DNA from: Lingula anatina
Lineage: Eukaryota > Animalia > Brachiopoda
DNA: 64,000 nucleotides
Assembly: GCA_051362555.1 (NCBI GenBank)
Contig: CM120644.1
Location: 10,748,567-10,812,566, forward strand
Reading direction: 5' to 3'
Shown here: positions 35,302-48,191 of the stretch, piece by piece
Layout of the letters: each line of letters starts with the position of its first letter
Numbering within the stretch: position 1 is the first letter of the stretch
Made by a program: the position numbers and the translations under genes
Notes under the pieces: model-generated
The model's input: the letters and a program-made list of their open reading frames with translations, nothing else
The model's database searches: none
Told to the model about the DNA's origin: nothing

Positions 35302-38300
35302 TTTAACTCCCTCCCTCTACCTTATACACCTAAAAAGAAAAACAATTAAATACATCAATTGAAATATCAAAAAGTATAAAATGCACATATTAAAATAAAA
35401 ATATTGTAATGTAATTTTTCTACTTAAAGTTGAATAGAGCAATTATAATGTAAGGCATATTTGTATTAGATTTTGTTAAATACTGGAATAAAACATGTAT
35501 GGCTGGAAAAGATCACTAAATGCATATCTTTTTCACTATCATAGGTAAAGTGACTTGTCCTTTGCATTGGTAAAATATTTACCAGCTTTCTACAGCAAAG
35601 AGGACAATTCAGTCTTGTCTTCACTGAAAACTATCAATAATTGCATGCATACATCTAAAGAATGCTCAGTGAGGGAAATTATTCTAAAGACAATGTCTAG
35701 GGCAAAAACACCTCCAATCATTTATACTTTTCTGCTTCATCCAACCCAGAATATGGGACATGGGGCCTTTTTGAGAGTAAAAAATGTCACATGACCATCT
35801 CTTTGACATTACCCATAAATCTCTGGTAGTGAAAAGTCAAAGACAGCACTTATAAACCACTTGTGGAAATTGCATTTAGACCTCTGAGCTGGTACTGACT
35901 GTGAACCTGAACAACCATAGCCCTTATGATGACCATCAAACTAAATTTCAAATATAATTAATTTTCAGATAACAATGCCCCAGTCTTCATCTTTATTTGA
36001 TGACTAAGTGGACAAAAGCATACCACCCAGTGTGCTGCATTTACCTGCACAAATATCCCATCTCACAGAAAGTACAGGCATATAATTTACAAATTTTATC
36101 CCTTTGAAAAAAGTTAACCACAGAAAATCCTGTCAGTTATTGTGAAATACTATGTCAATATTTTCCCCATTTCAAAACCAATTTCATTAACCCTTGCAGT
36201 GGCCAAAGTACTCAGTACATTTTACCAAGATTTCTTGATATGGCTGTTTTATCTATTTTTTGGGACTACAATCCTACAGCCCAACAACAGGGATGAGACC
36301 AGTCCTCACTGAAAAAGTAGGATTTACACAATTCACTGGATTTACATGATTCACTAGAATGATTCAAATAACCCTGAAAAAGTTGGAAAAGTCTCATCAG
36401 TGCAACAAGCAGAATATCCATGTGTCACAAGAACAACACCATGATAAAACATACCATGAAACTTACTTGAGCTGAGAACCTAAATTTTGGACACCATTCC
36501 CCTCAGCAATGTTGTGTTAAAATGTGTCCTCTCACAATGCAAGTTACCACAACAAAATGCCTCTTATTTGGCAATAGCAAACCACAAGCAGACAAATTCC
36601 ACAGACAAATACACCCTAGACACTGCTCCACTGAACTGCCAAGTATAAGCAAAAGCAAAATAATAAGTACATAAGCCAAATAATAATTGCCAGCTACAAG
36701 CCTTCATTAAATAAAATGGTTCATTTCCGATAAAACAAATCAACTAATAAAAAAATGGAAAATAAAATGCTAGAAAATAGAAGGGGGTACAAAAGTATCA
36801 GAATACAGAAATATCCCACTAGAAAGAGAACTGATCAAATTTAGCTGTGAGACAGCATGAATTCTCGAAATAAAAACGGATCCTCTTTTGCTGTATCAGA
36901 TAGAGAGACTATAATACAAGAGAAACGGGATATTTTGGCTTTTTCCCAATTGAGGGCAAGGTAAGTGCATTTAACTGTAAATGAACAACTGTGCAACAAA
37001 TTCAATTACCCTAAAGTCTGGTTCTACAGGATAATAAGGAAAAAAACAATTTGAAAAGAAGCCATGTCTGACAAGCTCAAATATCACTTCTGTTGTGGTT
37101 TTTCTGCTTCAGAATGTCATTATTTGTAATCAAATAAATGGGACAGAAGAAGAAACCACATCTGTACAGACAGTATTCTTTTTTTTTTATTCTTTACTTT
37201 TTTCTCTCCGCCTTCCCCCTTCTCTGATTAAAAGAAAACACACAGTCTTCTCTGATTTATACTAGGAATGAAAAGATGAATAAGTGAAAGTATCTTAACT
37301 GGTTATATTAATTTTTGACAGTACTGAACCATCAATTTATAACTGTACTTAGTACATACATTTTACCAGCATGGATACCTTTTGTAAACGGAATATTTAT
37401 TTTTTATATACATCCTTCCACCAATTTTATTTAATTATCAAACCATTTATTGGCCTATGTGTCTCTGTTTGTGGAAATGTGAATTTATGCAGGAGTGAAC
37501 AACTGCAAGAAAAAAAGCAGCACCAGACTGCTCTAATATTGACAGATCTATCTACCACATGTTGTTGCATCTCTTCCAGATCCATTCCTTAATTAACTTA
37601 AATACATGCACCCCTTAAAGTGAGCCACAAACTCTGATTTAAAGTACTTGGGTAAAGTTGGAGAAAACTTAATGGTCCATGATGTTGTTCACCTTGCTTT
37701 TTGAGGGGGTGTGCCAGACAATTAAGCTGATTACATTGACTGCGCCTCAGCGAAAATCCCCACTGAGATCGATCAATCCTACTAGTACTAGGACAACTTT
37801 TATTCTGAACACAGCCTTATTCAAGAACACAGACCCTTTTTCACAGAAAATACTGAAACCACTGCTTACAATTCAAATTGCTCTGTAAATTAGATATTTG
37901 TGAGCTGTTTGCAGTGGTAAGGTTTTAAGGTGTGTGACTTTCCATTAGTGTTTAATATACTAGCCTTGTAGTTTGCAAATAGTTACAGGGATAATCAGGT
38001 GGTACAGATGCATGTGTCTTGTCTCTGAACATGAGCAAGCATGCCTTTGCCTGTTCAACCTCAAATCATAAATATTACTGAAATGCCAAGTGGGCCAAGC
38101 ACTTGCTCATTAGTCATGACAGGTGATTTTTCTTTCACTTTCTGGTTTCTAAAAACTGTAGTGATCCCAGTAGTACACAAAGGCTTAAATGGTAGATCAT
38201 AGTCGCACTTGTCAGCTCTCAATTTTATATTATAATAGAATACATCATCAGCACAAATCAAAGAATGAGATCCATAGAGAGGCTGATGAAAAATATTGAT

Positions 38301-38579
38301 TTTTAGAAACAGGATTAAATGTCCGGGTTAAATTAAATTTGTATGCCTGTAACTATCTTGCAGACTCCTTTATTTAGATTAGTTTTTGGCATGAAAACCT
38401 TTTCTCAAACTGGATTTTATCACTGCATTTTGTTTTAGGTAATAATCTAAAATAAAATTCAATAGATATCTGATTTACCAAGTAATAAATGGTTAAGAGA
38501 ACCTTTGAATATCAAAAACATTCAATGCTCAATAATTTTATTATTAGATCAGAATATATGACCAACATAAAAATCTTAC

Positions 38580-38647
38580 CTTGAATGAATAAATCCTTCT
38601 TTCTCAATGTCCCTTTTCTTCAGTTTTTACAATGTCTTTCTTCTCCT
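38580..38647 (-). other. Probable 5'UTR exon of the LYPD6-like gene
   Basis: Strong acceptor cttttctttgcag|, strong donor AAG|gtaaga, and a purine-rich 68-nt body. The first coding exon itself has an acceptor at 35330. Confidence 0.55.
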
Positions 38648-39152
38648 CTGCAAAGAAAAGAAATGAACACTGAGCTTCAGAATGACCTCACTTATATAAA
38701 CTCACAAGGACTCGACTCAAAACACAATTCCAAATTTAAAACACACCCACATGTTGCATAAAAAACTGGAAGCTGTTTCTCACGAAAACAATTACTTCAT
38801 TGCAAATTCAGCAAGTACGCCTGTTGCAGCAATTGCATGTGAATACACAATGCAAAATCCATCTAAAAATATTTTCTCACAAGAAAGTTATTTTATTACC
38901 ATCTTCCTCCAACACCAGCAGCTATTTATCTATATGGCAACCACCTGCTAGCCATGGAGTCTTAATCAGATACTGAATTAAGGCATGGTGAGAAAGCATT
39001 TGGTCACTACACGGTTAACAAGGAACATGTGAAAACAATAGAGTTGTACTCATTGGAAAGTTTAGACCTAGAGGACTGGCTCGCCTGGGTTCTCTCTACT
39101 ACCAAACAATGGGACATGTACACAGAACCTTTGAACATCAGAAGTTGACTTT

Positions 39153-39250
39153 TTGCCATTGAATTTCAGTTAGAACATACAAATTTTGAAATTTAAGTTA
39201 ATTGCCATTGAATTTCAGTTAGAACATACAATTTTTGAAATTTAAGTTAA
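39153..39250. repeat. 49-bp tandem duplication
   Basis: ttgccattgaatttcagttagaacatacaa[a/t]ttttgaaatttaagttaa occurs twice. Confidence 0.9.
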
Positions 39251-39307
39251 AACTATCACAAATAAGCTTATTTGCTTGAGAACCAAAACAAACACCACCC
39301 TAGCTTA

Positions 39308-39522
39308 GGCTCTATTCCCAGAGATTTTAGATCGATCTATCCCCGCGGGGAGTCTCACTAGATTACTTTCAGATAATCCAACTTAAATGTCCGTCCCGCC
39401 TACTACAGGCTGTAAGGAGGTAATTAACTTTCGTGTCCGCCCGGCTGACAGCTATTTAGCGTGAACCCCCAGGGAGTTAGGTCGATCAAGTTTGGATCGA
39501 TCTTATCTCTGGGAATGGGGTC
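39308..39522 (+). mobile_element. Harbinger/Tourist-like MITE, family A, TTA TSD
   Basis: Ends ggctctattcccagaga...tctctgggaatggggtc, flanked by TTA. Three copies in the window. Confidence 0.88.
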
Positions 39523-40932
39523 TTAGTCTTGTTAGCAGAGTTGGGCAAGTTTCTCTCTCTCTCCCCCCCTCCACCCAAGCTCTATCCTTATACATGTACT
39601 TCATTGCTTCAGGATTTATCAGCAGTTCCTTTTGGTTACTACACTACCAGTTCCCAAAGGGTTTCTGTTTAACAAGATTAAACTTTTTTCACAAGTTTCA
39701 AAATATGTGAGTGTCTATGAAGCTGTGAAAACGCTGCACAAATTGTGTTAAAATATGCTGCACATGAATAAAATGTGCTTTCTATTTTAAAATCAGTCAA
39801 AGATAAACAAAGCATTTAAATCTAATTCATCCCTCTCTGAAGTGAAATGCATGGAATTTCAGTTGTCGACAATTCTGACTGCTTCAAATCTACATAAAAA
39901 AGCACAACTTTGTAAGATTTTTAAAATTTCATTTTTGGTTAGCCTGTATTCATTTTAAGCACTGGTTTTGAAAAAAAAGCATGAACATTGTATTTGATAG
40001 CATTATATAATTTTTGACACATTATAAAAAGCTGAAACAGCCTTTCACTAATACACTCTACCACAATTGAAGCCCATGCCTCCCAAACAGCAGGCATGCT
40101 GACATACTGAAATAGGGTACAACACTGCTCTTTGATTTTGTTGTGGTTTTTCGTAGCTGTCAATATTTCGTGACTATGAGCCCTTACTTTCAGGGAGGCC
40201 TAAAAGTTTTTGTCTCTTAAGATTCAGCTAGAACTTAGCCGAGAGTGGCTGTCATCTCCTAAGTGGCACACCAGTAGTTAGAAATAAAGTTTCTCTCTGT
40301 GTGGACATTGGGATCTGTTCTCAGATTATTCCTGCCTAAATTGCCACAAAAGATGTACCAAGATGAACCTGAAATTCTCAGGAAGTCAGCATTGGGTTTC
40401 TATCGAAACAATCACCCTCCAACTGGTCCGATTTAATCAGAAGTGTTAAAACAAATTTTAACAGCATGGCTAAAATACACTGGAATTTCTCTGTTAGCAA
40501 TGCTGATTTGAATTTGCATGGGCTAAAGCTTTAGGCCCATAACTTTAAAGACAATAAAGGTTTTCAACATGAATGAATTGTTGGATGCATACTGTTTTGA
40601 CATCATTTTTCTCGGCAAAAACAATTATAATGAGTCACATTGTTTTCAAGACATGCCTTACAACTAAAATATCAACAAATCTCCAAACTTCTAATTGCAC
40701 CTTGGATGGACACATTGAAAGTTAATCCCAGCATATATATTAACCTGACTGCTTGTAAATTACAAGGTTGATAATTATAATGGATATCTTCACACATAAA
40801 AGATCAATCACCTGTGCTAAATTGACTTCTTTTAGAAATAGATCATTTTTTTTACATTTAAATATCATTAAAAAAATAACCAGTGCAGTTTGTGCGCAAA
40901 TATGTGCAGTTCGTACACACACCCACAACATG

Positions 40933-40933
40933 C

Positions 40934-40968
<35 letters not shown>

Positions 40969-40975
40969 CACACAC
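40933..40975. repeat. (CA)n microsatellite
   Basis: Directly visible. Confidence 0.9.
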
Positions 40976-41705
40976 GCACATGCACGCACAGAAGAAGTAC
41001 ACTACATATAAAGTTAGCACATATATCCACCTCTTCAACTCAGGGTGTTACCAGCCAGCCAGCCGCCTATGGCATACATTACCCAGACATTTGTCACTCT
41101 GTCAAATGGCTAATTAACTTTACCAATGGAGAGTAAACAAATGCCACATCTTCATTACCACCCCAGATGTACTCTTTTATGGGGTCAGGGTATTCTGCTT
41201 ATTTTGCTTTTTCTTTTCTTCCCCTCTGTCTCTCTCTTTTTTTCTCTTACCCTTTTTTTCTCACTTGGTCTTTTCTTCTCCCTTCGTATCTCTAGATTTT
41301 TTTTCTCTCTCCTCCCTTTTACCACTTTATCTTCCCCTCCCCTCTCTCTTTCACTCTCTCCTTTTTTTAAACAAATATTGTAACCATTCATCAGCTTAAT
41401 TTTTTACTTACCAAATATTATCACACTTCAAGGACATAACATTTCTCACTTTTTTACATCCCTTGTCTGCACTGTATTGTAAACTTGTACTGTGATCTAG
41501 GCTAATGTACACTGACAAACAGTGATGGATTGAGAATGCTTCACCTCTGGCAAGAAACATGCTCTCAACATGCCCTCTTTACAAAAACATGGCCTTTTGA
41601 TATTTCTGTATACACCATGTACATAGCATATAATTCACTAGTTGTGTAAACAACATGATTGATGATGTAACTGGGCTCAGTTGCTTTTTCCCCTTTTTAA
41701 TTTGT

Positions 41706-41708
<3 letters not shown>

Positions 41709-41751
<43 letters not shown>
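41709..41751. repeat. (GT)n microsatellite
   Basis: Directly visible. Confidence 0.95.
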
Positions 41752-41752
<1 letters not shown>

Positions 41753-44700
41753 AATTGCATACATGTGTGTATGTGTGAGGAGGAGAGTTGTTTGTTAAAA
41801 CAGTGTATATTTAAAACAAACAAACACCCAATCCTAAAACCTTTCACAGTAGTAAAGAACTCTGTTTGTTTTGTCAAAAACTTTTGGAAAACATAATAAA
41901 GACAAAAAAACTTATTTCCTTATAAATTCAACTGAAAATCCCATCATTGAACCTTTGTATAGATTTGTGCATTTTTTAATGAGGGATTATCTATCCCAAG
42001 AGAAAAAATATCATAAATCCTTCCCTGTATGTGCAACATTTAGGTATTTGAGAGCTGTCTGCCTCACTGCACCTGTTGACCCCAATTGATGAAGACTCAT
42101 ATTTCAAACCTTCCTGTCACTTTGAAGTATCAGAAGAAATTATGCGGCACTTTTATTAAATTCTGCAAAGTAAATCTAAGGAATTTCTTTGAAACCAGAG
42201 GCTTTTTTACTACTTTTTACTCAGTCACAAGTTTTCTTTGAAAAAAGTTAAAATGTGTAAATGACACCACTACGCTTACAGGGGATTGAAACCGCTTTTC
42301 CTTTTCATCTATATACCTTAAATAGCAATTCACTGTCACATACATAGAAAAAAGGTGTATTTTTTTAAATCAAGTGTATATTGTTTAGTGGCCCACCCTT
42401 TGTAAGCTTTGCTAAGTTGCAAAATATAATTTTGCATTTTCTCAACATTATGTCTAAATATTTAATGCCAATTATGAAACATGAAAATATACATGTATCT
42501 AAACCAAGTTCCTAGGTTGTTAAATAATAAAATATGTGGCACTGAGTCATGCCTAGTTACTGATTCAATATCTGTCTACTTAAAATGTGACATAAATACA
42601 ATAAACTAACACATAATTCTTAAATATTTCAATTGTCCATTAGTATAACAGTAATATGAAGCCTCGCCTAACTTCAGACACTAATTACAAGTCAACTTGG
42701 TATTTGATAAGATATATGGTGGACTTATTTAAAGTGAAATTTTAAGGTTGTTAGAATTTCATTCTTTAATCAGTGTAAGAATCTGCAAACATCTAAAATG
42801 TCCATAATTGATATTTGTCAAGATATAAAACATGAAGTAAATTGTTACAATGGAGAAATTTATTTTCTTGACATTCACTGATACCAAAAATTGCCATATG
42901 TTAAGTGATTAAAATACCAAATGCATGATTTATTTGATAGGAAATGAGCTGTCAAAAACTACAGTTTAAGATCAAAATCTTACTCATTTCATATAAAGAC
43001 ATGGTGTTGTATAGCATAATGGTATTGCAGCCCTTATCAAGGCTGCACAATGGGAAAAAGTTTTATTGCCACCTTAGTTATCAAAATGATGAAAAATGCC
43101 GATGATCCACCTTTGATATTAGGACATAAACAAGCCATCAACCTGTTGTCACCATGAATACAAATAATCATGTCTACTGGTTCTACAGTAATAAAACTTA
43201 CCTTTCATCAAAGGGTAATAAATGCCACTGAAAACATGAAGAGAATTACCCTTTGTTGGGTGAAACATTTTGAAGCTGTGGTTCCATTTATAAAAATAAT
43301 ACTATAACACCTCTATCATTGAGATACTGTAGTAAAATGTTCAAAACAGGATTGGACTCAAGACTTTTTGGCTTAAAAAAGGCAGGAAATTTTTGTTTTA
43401 AAAATAACTGTATGTTATGGTTTGCATGTGCAATGCCAGTTTCATATAATTATAAGAAAGAAAAACAAATTTTTAGGCCCCATACCGAATGGCTGAATAT
43501 CACATCTTTTCAAAACAGTCCAACACTTTTCATATCAATAATCCCTATCCTAATTCTTAACCCACACCCCCTTTTTTTTACAATTAAAAAACAGCAGGTG
43601 TCAGCATAATGTCACTAAAATACTGATGGAGTTATCATACATTTATCTGGAGTTTATGATACCAGTTTCCAGGTATAACTGCAAAATAATTGATCAATTT
43701 TGTACAACATACTATTTAAATTGTGCTTTGAATTCACACAAAACTTTGAGATTAAGCCTCTAGTATGTATTATATGCTTTTAATGCAGTTACCCAGATAA
43801 TAAAGAAATGGCCATATTTTAATCAGTTTATCCAGAGGGCACAGTAAAAAAATCATTTGATCTCTGCATTTCCTGAATTTTATGTCCCTGTTTGATGACT
43901 GCCATTACTTTGATCTCAGATTTAAATCTCTGTGATGTGCGAGTTCAATAAAAAGTAAAAAGTTCATGGGAATCCCTTTGATTTGGCACAATTTACAAAC
44001 TAAATGAGCAGTTCAAAAATTCTCCAGATCACCAAAGTGAGCTGTCAGCCTGTCAAGGTTCTCTTACAACACAGAATAGCCTTTTTTATGCACAATCATT
44101 TCCTCCATTCATTCTTCCATTATCCTTCATACATTTTTTCAAATTTGGAGCAGGCAGACAAATAAGTATCAAGGGACAAAAACCATGACCTCCAGACAGA
44201 TTGCATTGCACCTTTTTTGGTCTGATCCATCTCAGTAAATTGCCTATTTATGACTAGGTCTGTCACCCTTGGTAGCCATTCCAGTCTCTCGATTGTTCCT
44301 CCCACCAATGTAACTGTAGTAAGACACCTGCAGTACGGTGAGCTAAACGTAATCACATAGCATACTGTCATGGACCGGTCTAAGCTACGTCAACCCATCT
44401 CTACTACTGGAAACTGGCCTTATACCCTGTTCACACTATCATCTAAAAATTCCAGATTTCTCAAATTCGAAATTTCAGGTTAAAGATTTGATTCGCTTCC
44501 CTGTATACACAGAGCAAAGGAAAACTGAATCCCACCCTGAAAATCCAGTTTGAACAATTACCCACAGTCTGCACAACCCCCCCCCCCTGCCCCTGTCACC
44601 CTCCAACTGCCCCAGTCTCAGTTGACAATCTACACACCCCTGTCACCCTGTAACTGATGTTGTGTCTGCAGCCTTCAACATGATGACTGAGCTTGTTGGA

Positions 44701-45145
44701 AAGGAAACAATTGACAAATGCAACATGTCAAAACAATTCATTTGGTTTATTTTGAAAAAAAAAATCCTGCTGTACCTTAAAATGTATATTTTAGTTTTAG
44801 TTTTTTAAATACAAGTAAGTGCTATAGTTATAAACACTGCCAAAGAATGTCTGTAAAATTCAACATTTTACAATTTGTATCAAAACAAGTCATTTTGTCT
44901 GTTTAGAAAAGTAACACCACCTGCTGAGAGGGTAAGAAATAATACAAAACAACATCTCAGCAAAAGAAAAGGAAGAAAGATTCAGAAAAATAAGCTATGA
45001 AGGAGCCCCTATTGTATGTGTCACTGTGAACAATGACAAATTTCTAAACAATAATGTGTCACTGACAGTTTAAACTTCTACCATTGTGATAACTGACGTG
45101 CATGGTTCACAGATACTCCAAATAAGACGAGGCCGTCTTAATCTT

Positions 45146-45148
<3 letters not shown>

Positions 45149-45192
<44 letters not shown>
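45149..45192. repeat. (AG)n microsatellite
   Basis: Directly visible. Confidence 0.95.
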
Positions 45193-45194
<2 letters not shown>

Positions 45195-45650
45195 TTAATA
45201 AAAACATTCAATGTAGAAAACTTGCAATGTCTGAACTCCCAACCCCAAAGAATGCCAAACATCCTCTAATAACCCTCCACATTGTGACAATGAGAAAGAA
45301 CCACAAACTACAATTATCAAAATACACTGCTAAAATTTTCAACTGTCCTATTTTCTAATCACTTCTGACATCTACAACAAAAGTGTCCTTTTTAATGGTT
45401 GCTTTGCATGCACAGCTGTCCAGATTTCACTCACAAGCATGACTTTTTGAACATAGTTTATTGTGACTCGTGGAAGATAACAAACAGAGTAAGGTTTCAC
45501 GCATACATAATACCAAACCAGAGGCATGTAATAATGTGTGTGATGACAGATTACATTTCATATCTTGATCAGTAAACTGTGACTAACCCTAATTTTCTGG
45601 TAAATCATTTCTGTATTTTCAATCTTTTTATTGAGAACTCCCTCTTATAA

Positions 45651-45653
<3 letters not shown>

Positions 45654-45681
<28 letters not shown>

Positions 45682-45693
45682 CTACCATTTCCT

Positions 45694-45741
<48 letters not shown>
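45654..45741. repeat. Compound (CT)n microsatellite
   Basis: Two (CT)n runs separated by a short spacer. Confidence 0.95.
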
Positions 45742-45744
<3 letters not shown>

Positions 45745-47809
45745 AAGCAGGCTATGGTATAAACATGCACAGATTTACATAGTAAACCACCTATTCCATT
45801 TTACTGCCTACCTTGTACCTCACAGCTTCAAAGCGCAGAAAACAATAGACTTCAATGTTCTGAAGGATAGACTTCCACAGTGCAGTCTACAAAAATATAT
45901 CTTCTAAAAGTCCAAGACTAGACTACAGAGCCTTCATTGCATGTAGGATTATGCATCTCCTTCAGCTAAAGGCATATCAAATATTTTCTTCTAGCTGAAA
46001 AACTGATGCTATCAAACATGGTATACCGTATTATTCATCAAGGTCTGTAGACTATAGCGAACATTTTCCTGCTTCCCCATTAAACTGTGCTCTAAATATT
46101 AGCACCAAGTTTCAAGAACAGGATCCTGGAAATGCACACTCTATCTTATTTGCTTCTTTCTCTCTACTGTGTTGTTTGCAAGTCTGCCATACCAAAAAAA
46201 GTGAAATTGGCTTCTACATGTAGCTGCAGTAAAAAGCACACATTTCTTACCATGCAATCCTAGAACTCCCTATCAGTCTCTAGTTGTAGCAGCCTGCTTT
46301 TTATACTTTCGGGAATTATTTACAGTTTTTAAAATTGGTTCCTCGGCTCTATATCTGAGCCAAAAAAAAAAAAATAGACTTCCAATATTCCACCAGATCA
46401 CATACCACACTATCAAGATTTGCAGTGGATAACTATCAGTTCTCCAAGTCTGCCTTTTTATCTCTAAGCAGTTTTTAAGACTGGCACCTAGTTAAACAGA
46501 ATAAGCCGAAAACAAGACTCCACCAAACAGAGAGGTGCTTTCTATTAAGATGTGGACCAGATAACTAGCAGACACCTCCAGTTAACACATCTTGCCACCC
46601 AGGTGTCTCTCAGGTCTCTATAGCCTACACCCTGACTTCCAAAGATACCCAGGAATACTAGTTCCCAGGCTCCATCCAGATGAGGTAAAGATTGGGGGGG
46701 GGGAGCACAGAGGAATAAATTAGGCATTTATTCTGTCTTTCTCTAACATCATTGTTGTCTGAGAAAGTTTGTCATCCCATTCATTTTGATGATTGTAATC
46801 TCAGGTAGTTACCTGGCCCTTTGATTAAGGTGATATCTAATTATTACCAAGGTGGGGAGGGGGGTCACAGCATGTTATTGTGCACCCTAGGGTGACCTCA
46901 ATGACCTCAGTAGTCAGATGTAATTCAAAATGTGGGAGACTAGCAAATTTCATATGATAACTTACTGTATTTTCATACAGAGTATTTTTGGGCAAAGTAT
47001 TATGAGGATTATCTCCAAAAATTAAATATTGTTAGTAGCTTACAGACTTTAAATACACTGCTTTCTACACATCTTAAGACAAAAAATGTTCAATTTCCAC
47101 ACAAAATGATGACTAGTGGCCACCAGACTTAAAGCACCACATCTATAGTATAAAATTAGCACCCGACACCGATTAACACAATATAGTATTGGAGGTAATG
47201 CATGGTCACCCCCCTCCTCTCAAAACCATGTTATTACATTGTAACTAACCTCCTGGCAATGTCCCCCAGCAACTGCCTTCAGTTGTTACCCTCCAAGTAT
47301 CGTTAGACCTCAGTGACTACAAGACTGAACCTAATATCTGTTCCAACTTGACCCCAATGTGATTTTATCACAAACCCATTCTCACCAGTGTTGGTTTCCT
47401 AAGAGAATTCCTTAGATTTCCACAGAAACTTAAGAAACAGGCCTTGGCTGAGAGAGAGAGAGAGACCCTGTCCACTGATGACAAGACACCTGTGTCCCTA
47501 TGGTTCCCCATTAGCCATAATGAAACTCTCACCTATATTCTACTTCATGGTTTCGTGGTTTAAGACTTAGTTGTTTAGTCAAGACTAATAAAGTTGGATA
47601 GCCAACCATGTTGTCAACTTTGCGATATTGATCTAAGAGCATTTTATGAACAATCTGCACTTTTATCAGCAGTTGTATCACTTTTAAGACAATCTCCTCA
47701 AAGGGCTTAAGTAAAGGACCAAAATCATAACAAGACAAGTGGCCTTGAAACATCTATGGGAGTAGCAACTTAAGCAGCAAGTGGTGTTTTCTAAGCCTGA
47801 TCTAGATGT

Positions 47810-48191
47810 ACGATAGCAGTAATTTTGTGGCTTTTTAAACTTAATCCAAGCTGATATGGGTACTTAGTATTATAACTCACCTTCCCCTAGTTTGGCTGCT
47901 ATAGTTCTCTAGTTCCAGAGTTCGCCTGGTCCCAAAATGTACAGGTACTGCTGTCTGAATACCAACTTTATCTCCCCTACACTAACACCAGTGTGAATGA
48001 CACAAAACACTTCAACGATAGCAGTAATTTTGTGGCTTTTTAAACTTAATCCAAGCTAGTATTATAACTCACCGTCCTCCTAGTTGGCTGCTAGATCTCT
48101 AGTTCAACTGTCCCTATAAGTATATGTACAGGTGTGTGAATACCACCTATTTGTCCCCTACACTAACACCAGTGTGAATGACACAAAACCA
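47810..48191. repeat. Diverged tandem duplication of a ~180-205 bp unit
   Basis: acgatagcagtaattttgtggctttttaaacttaatccaagct starts at 47810 and at 48015; both units end cccctacactaacaccagtgtgaatgacacaaaac. Confidence 0.9.

Noticed and set aside
36290-36405. CTGATGAG on the minus strand as a possible hammerhead ribozyme core
   Set aside because: No matching GAAA core or closing stems nearby.
40740-41896. ORFs rich in HT/CV/ER repeats
   Set aside because: Translations of (CA)n, (GT)n and CT-rich tracts.
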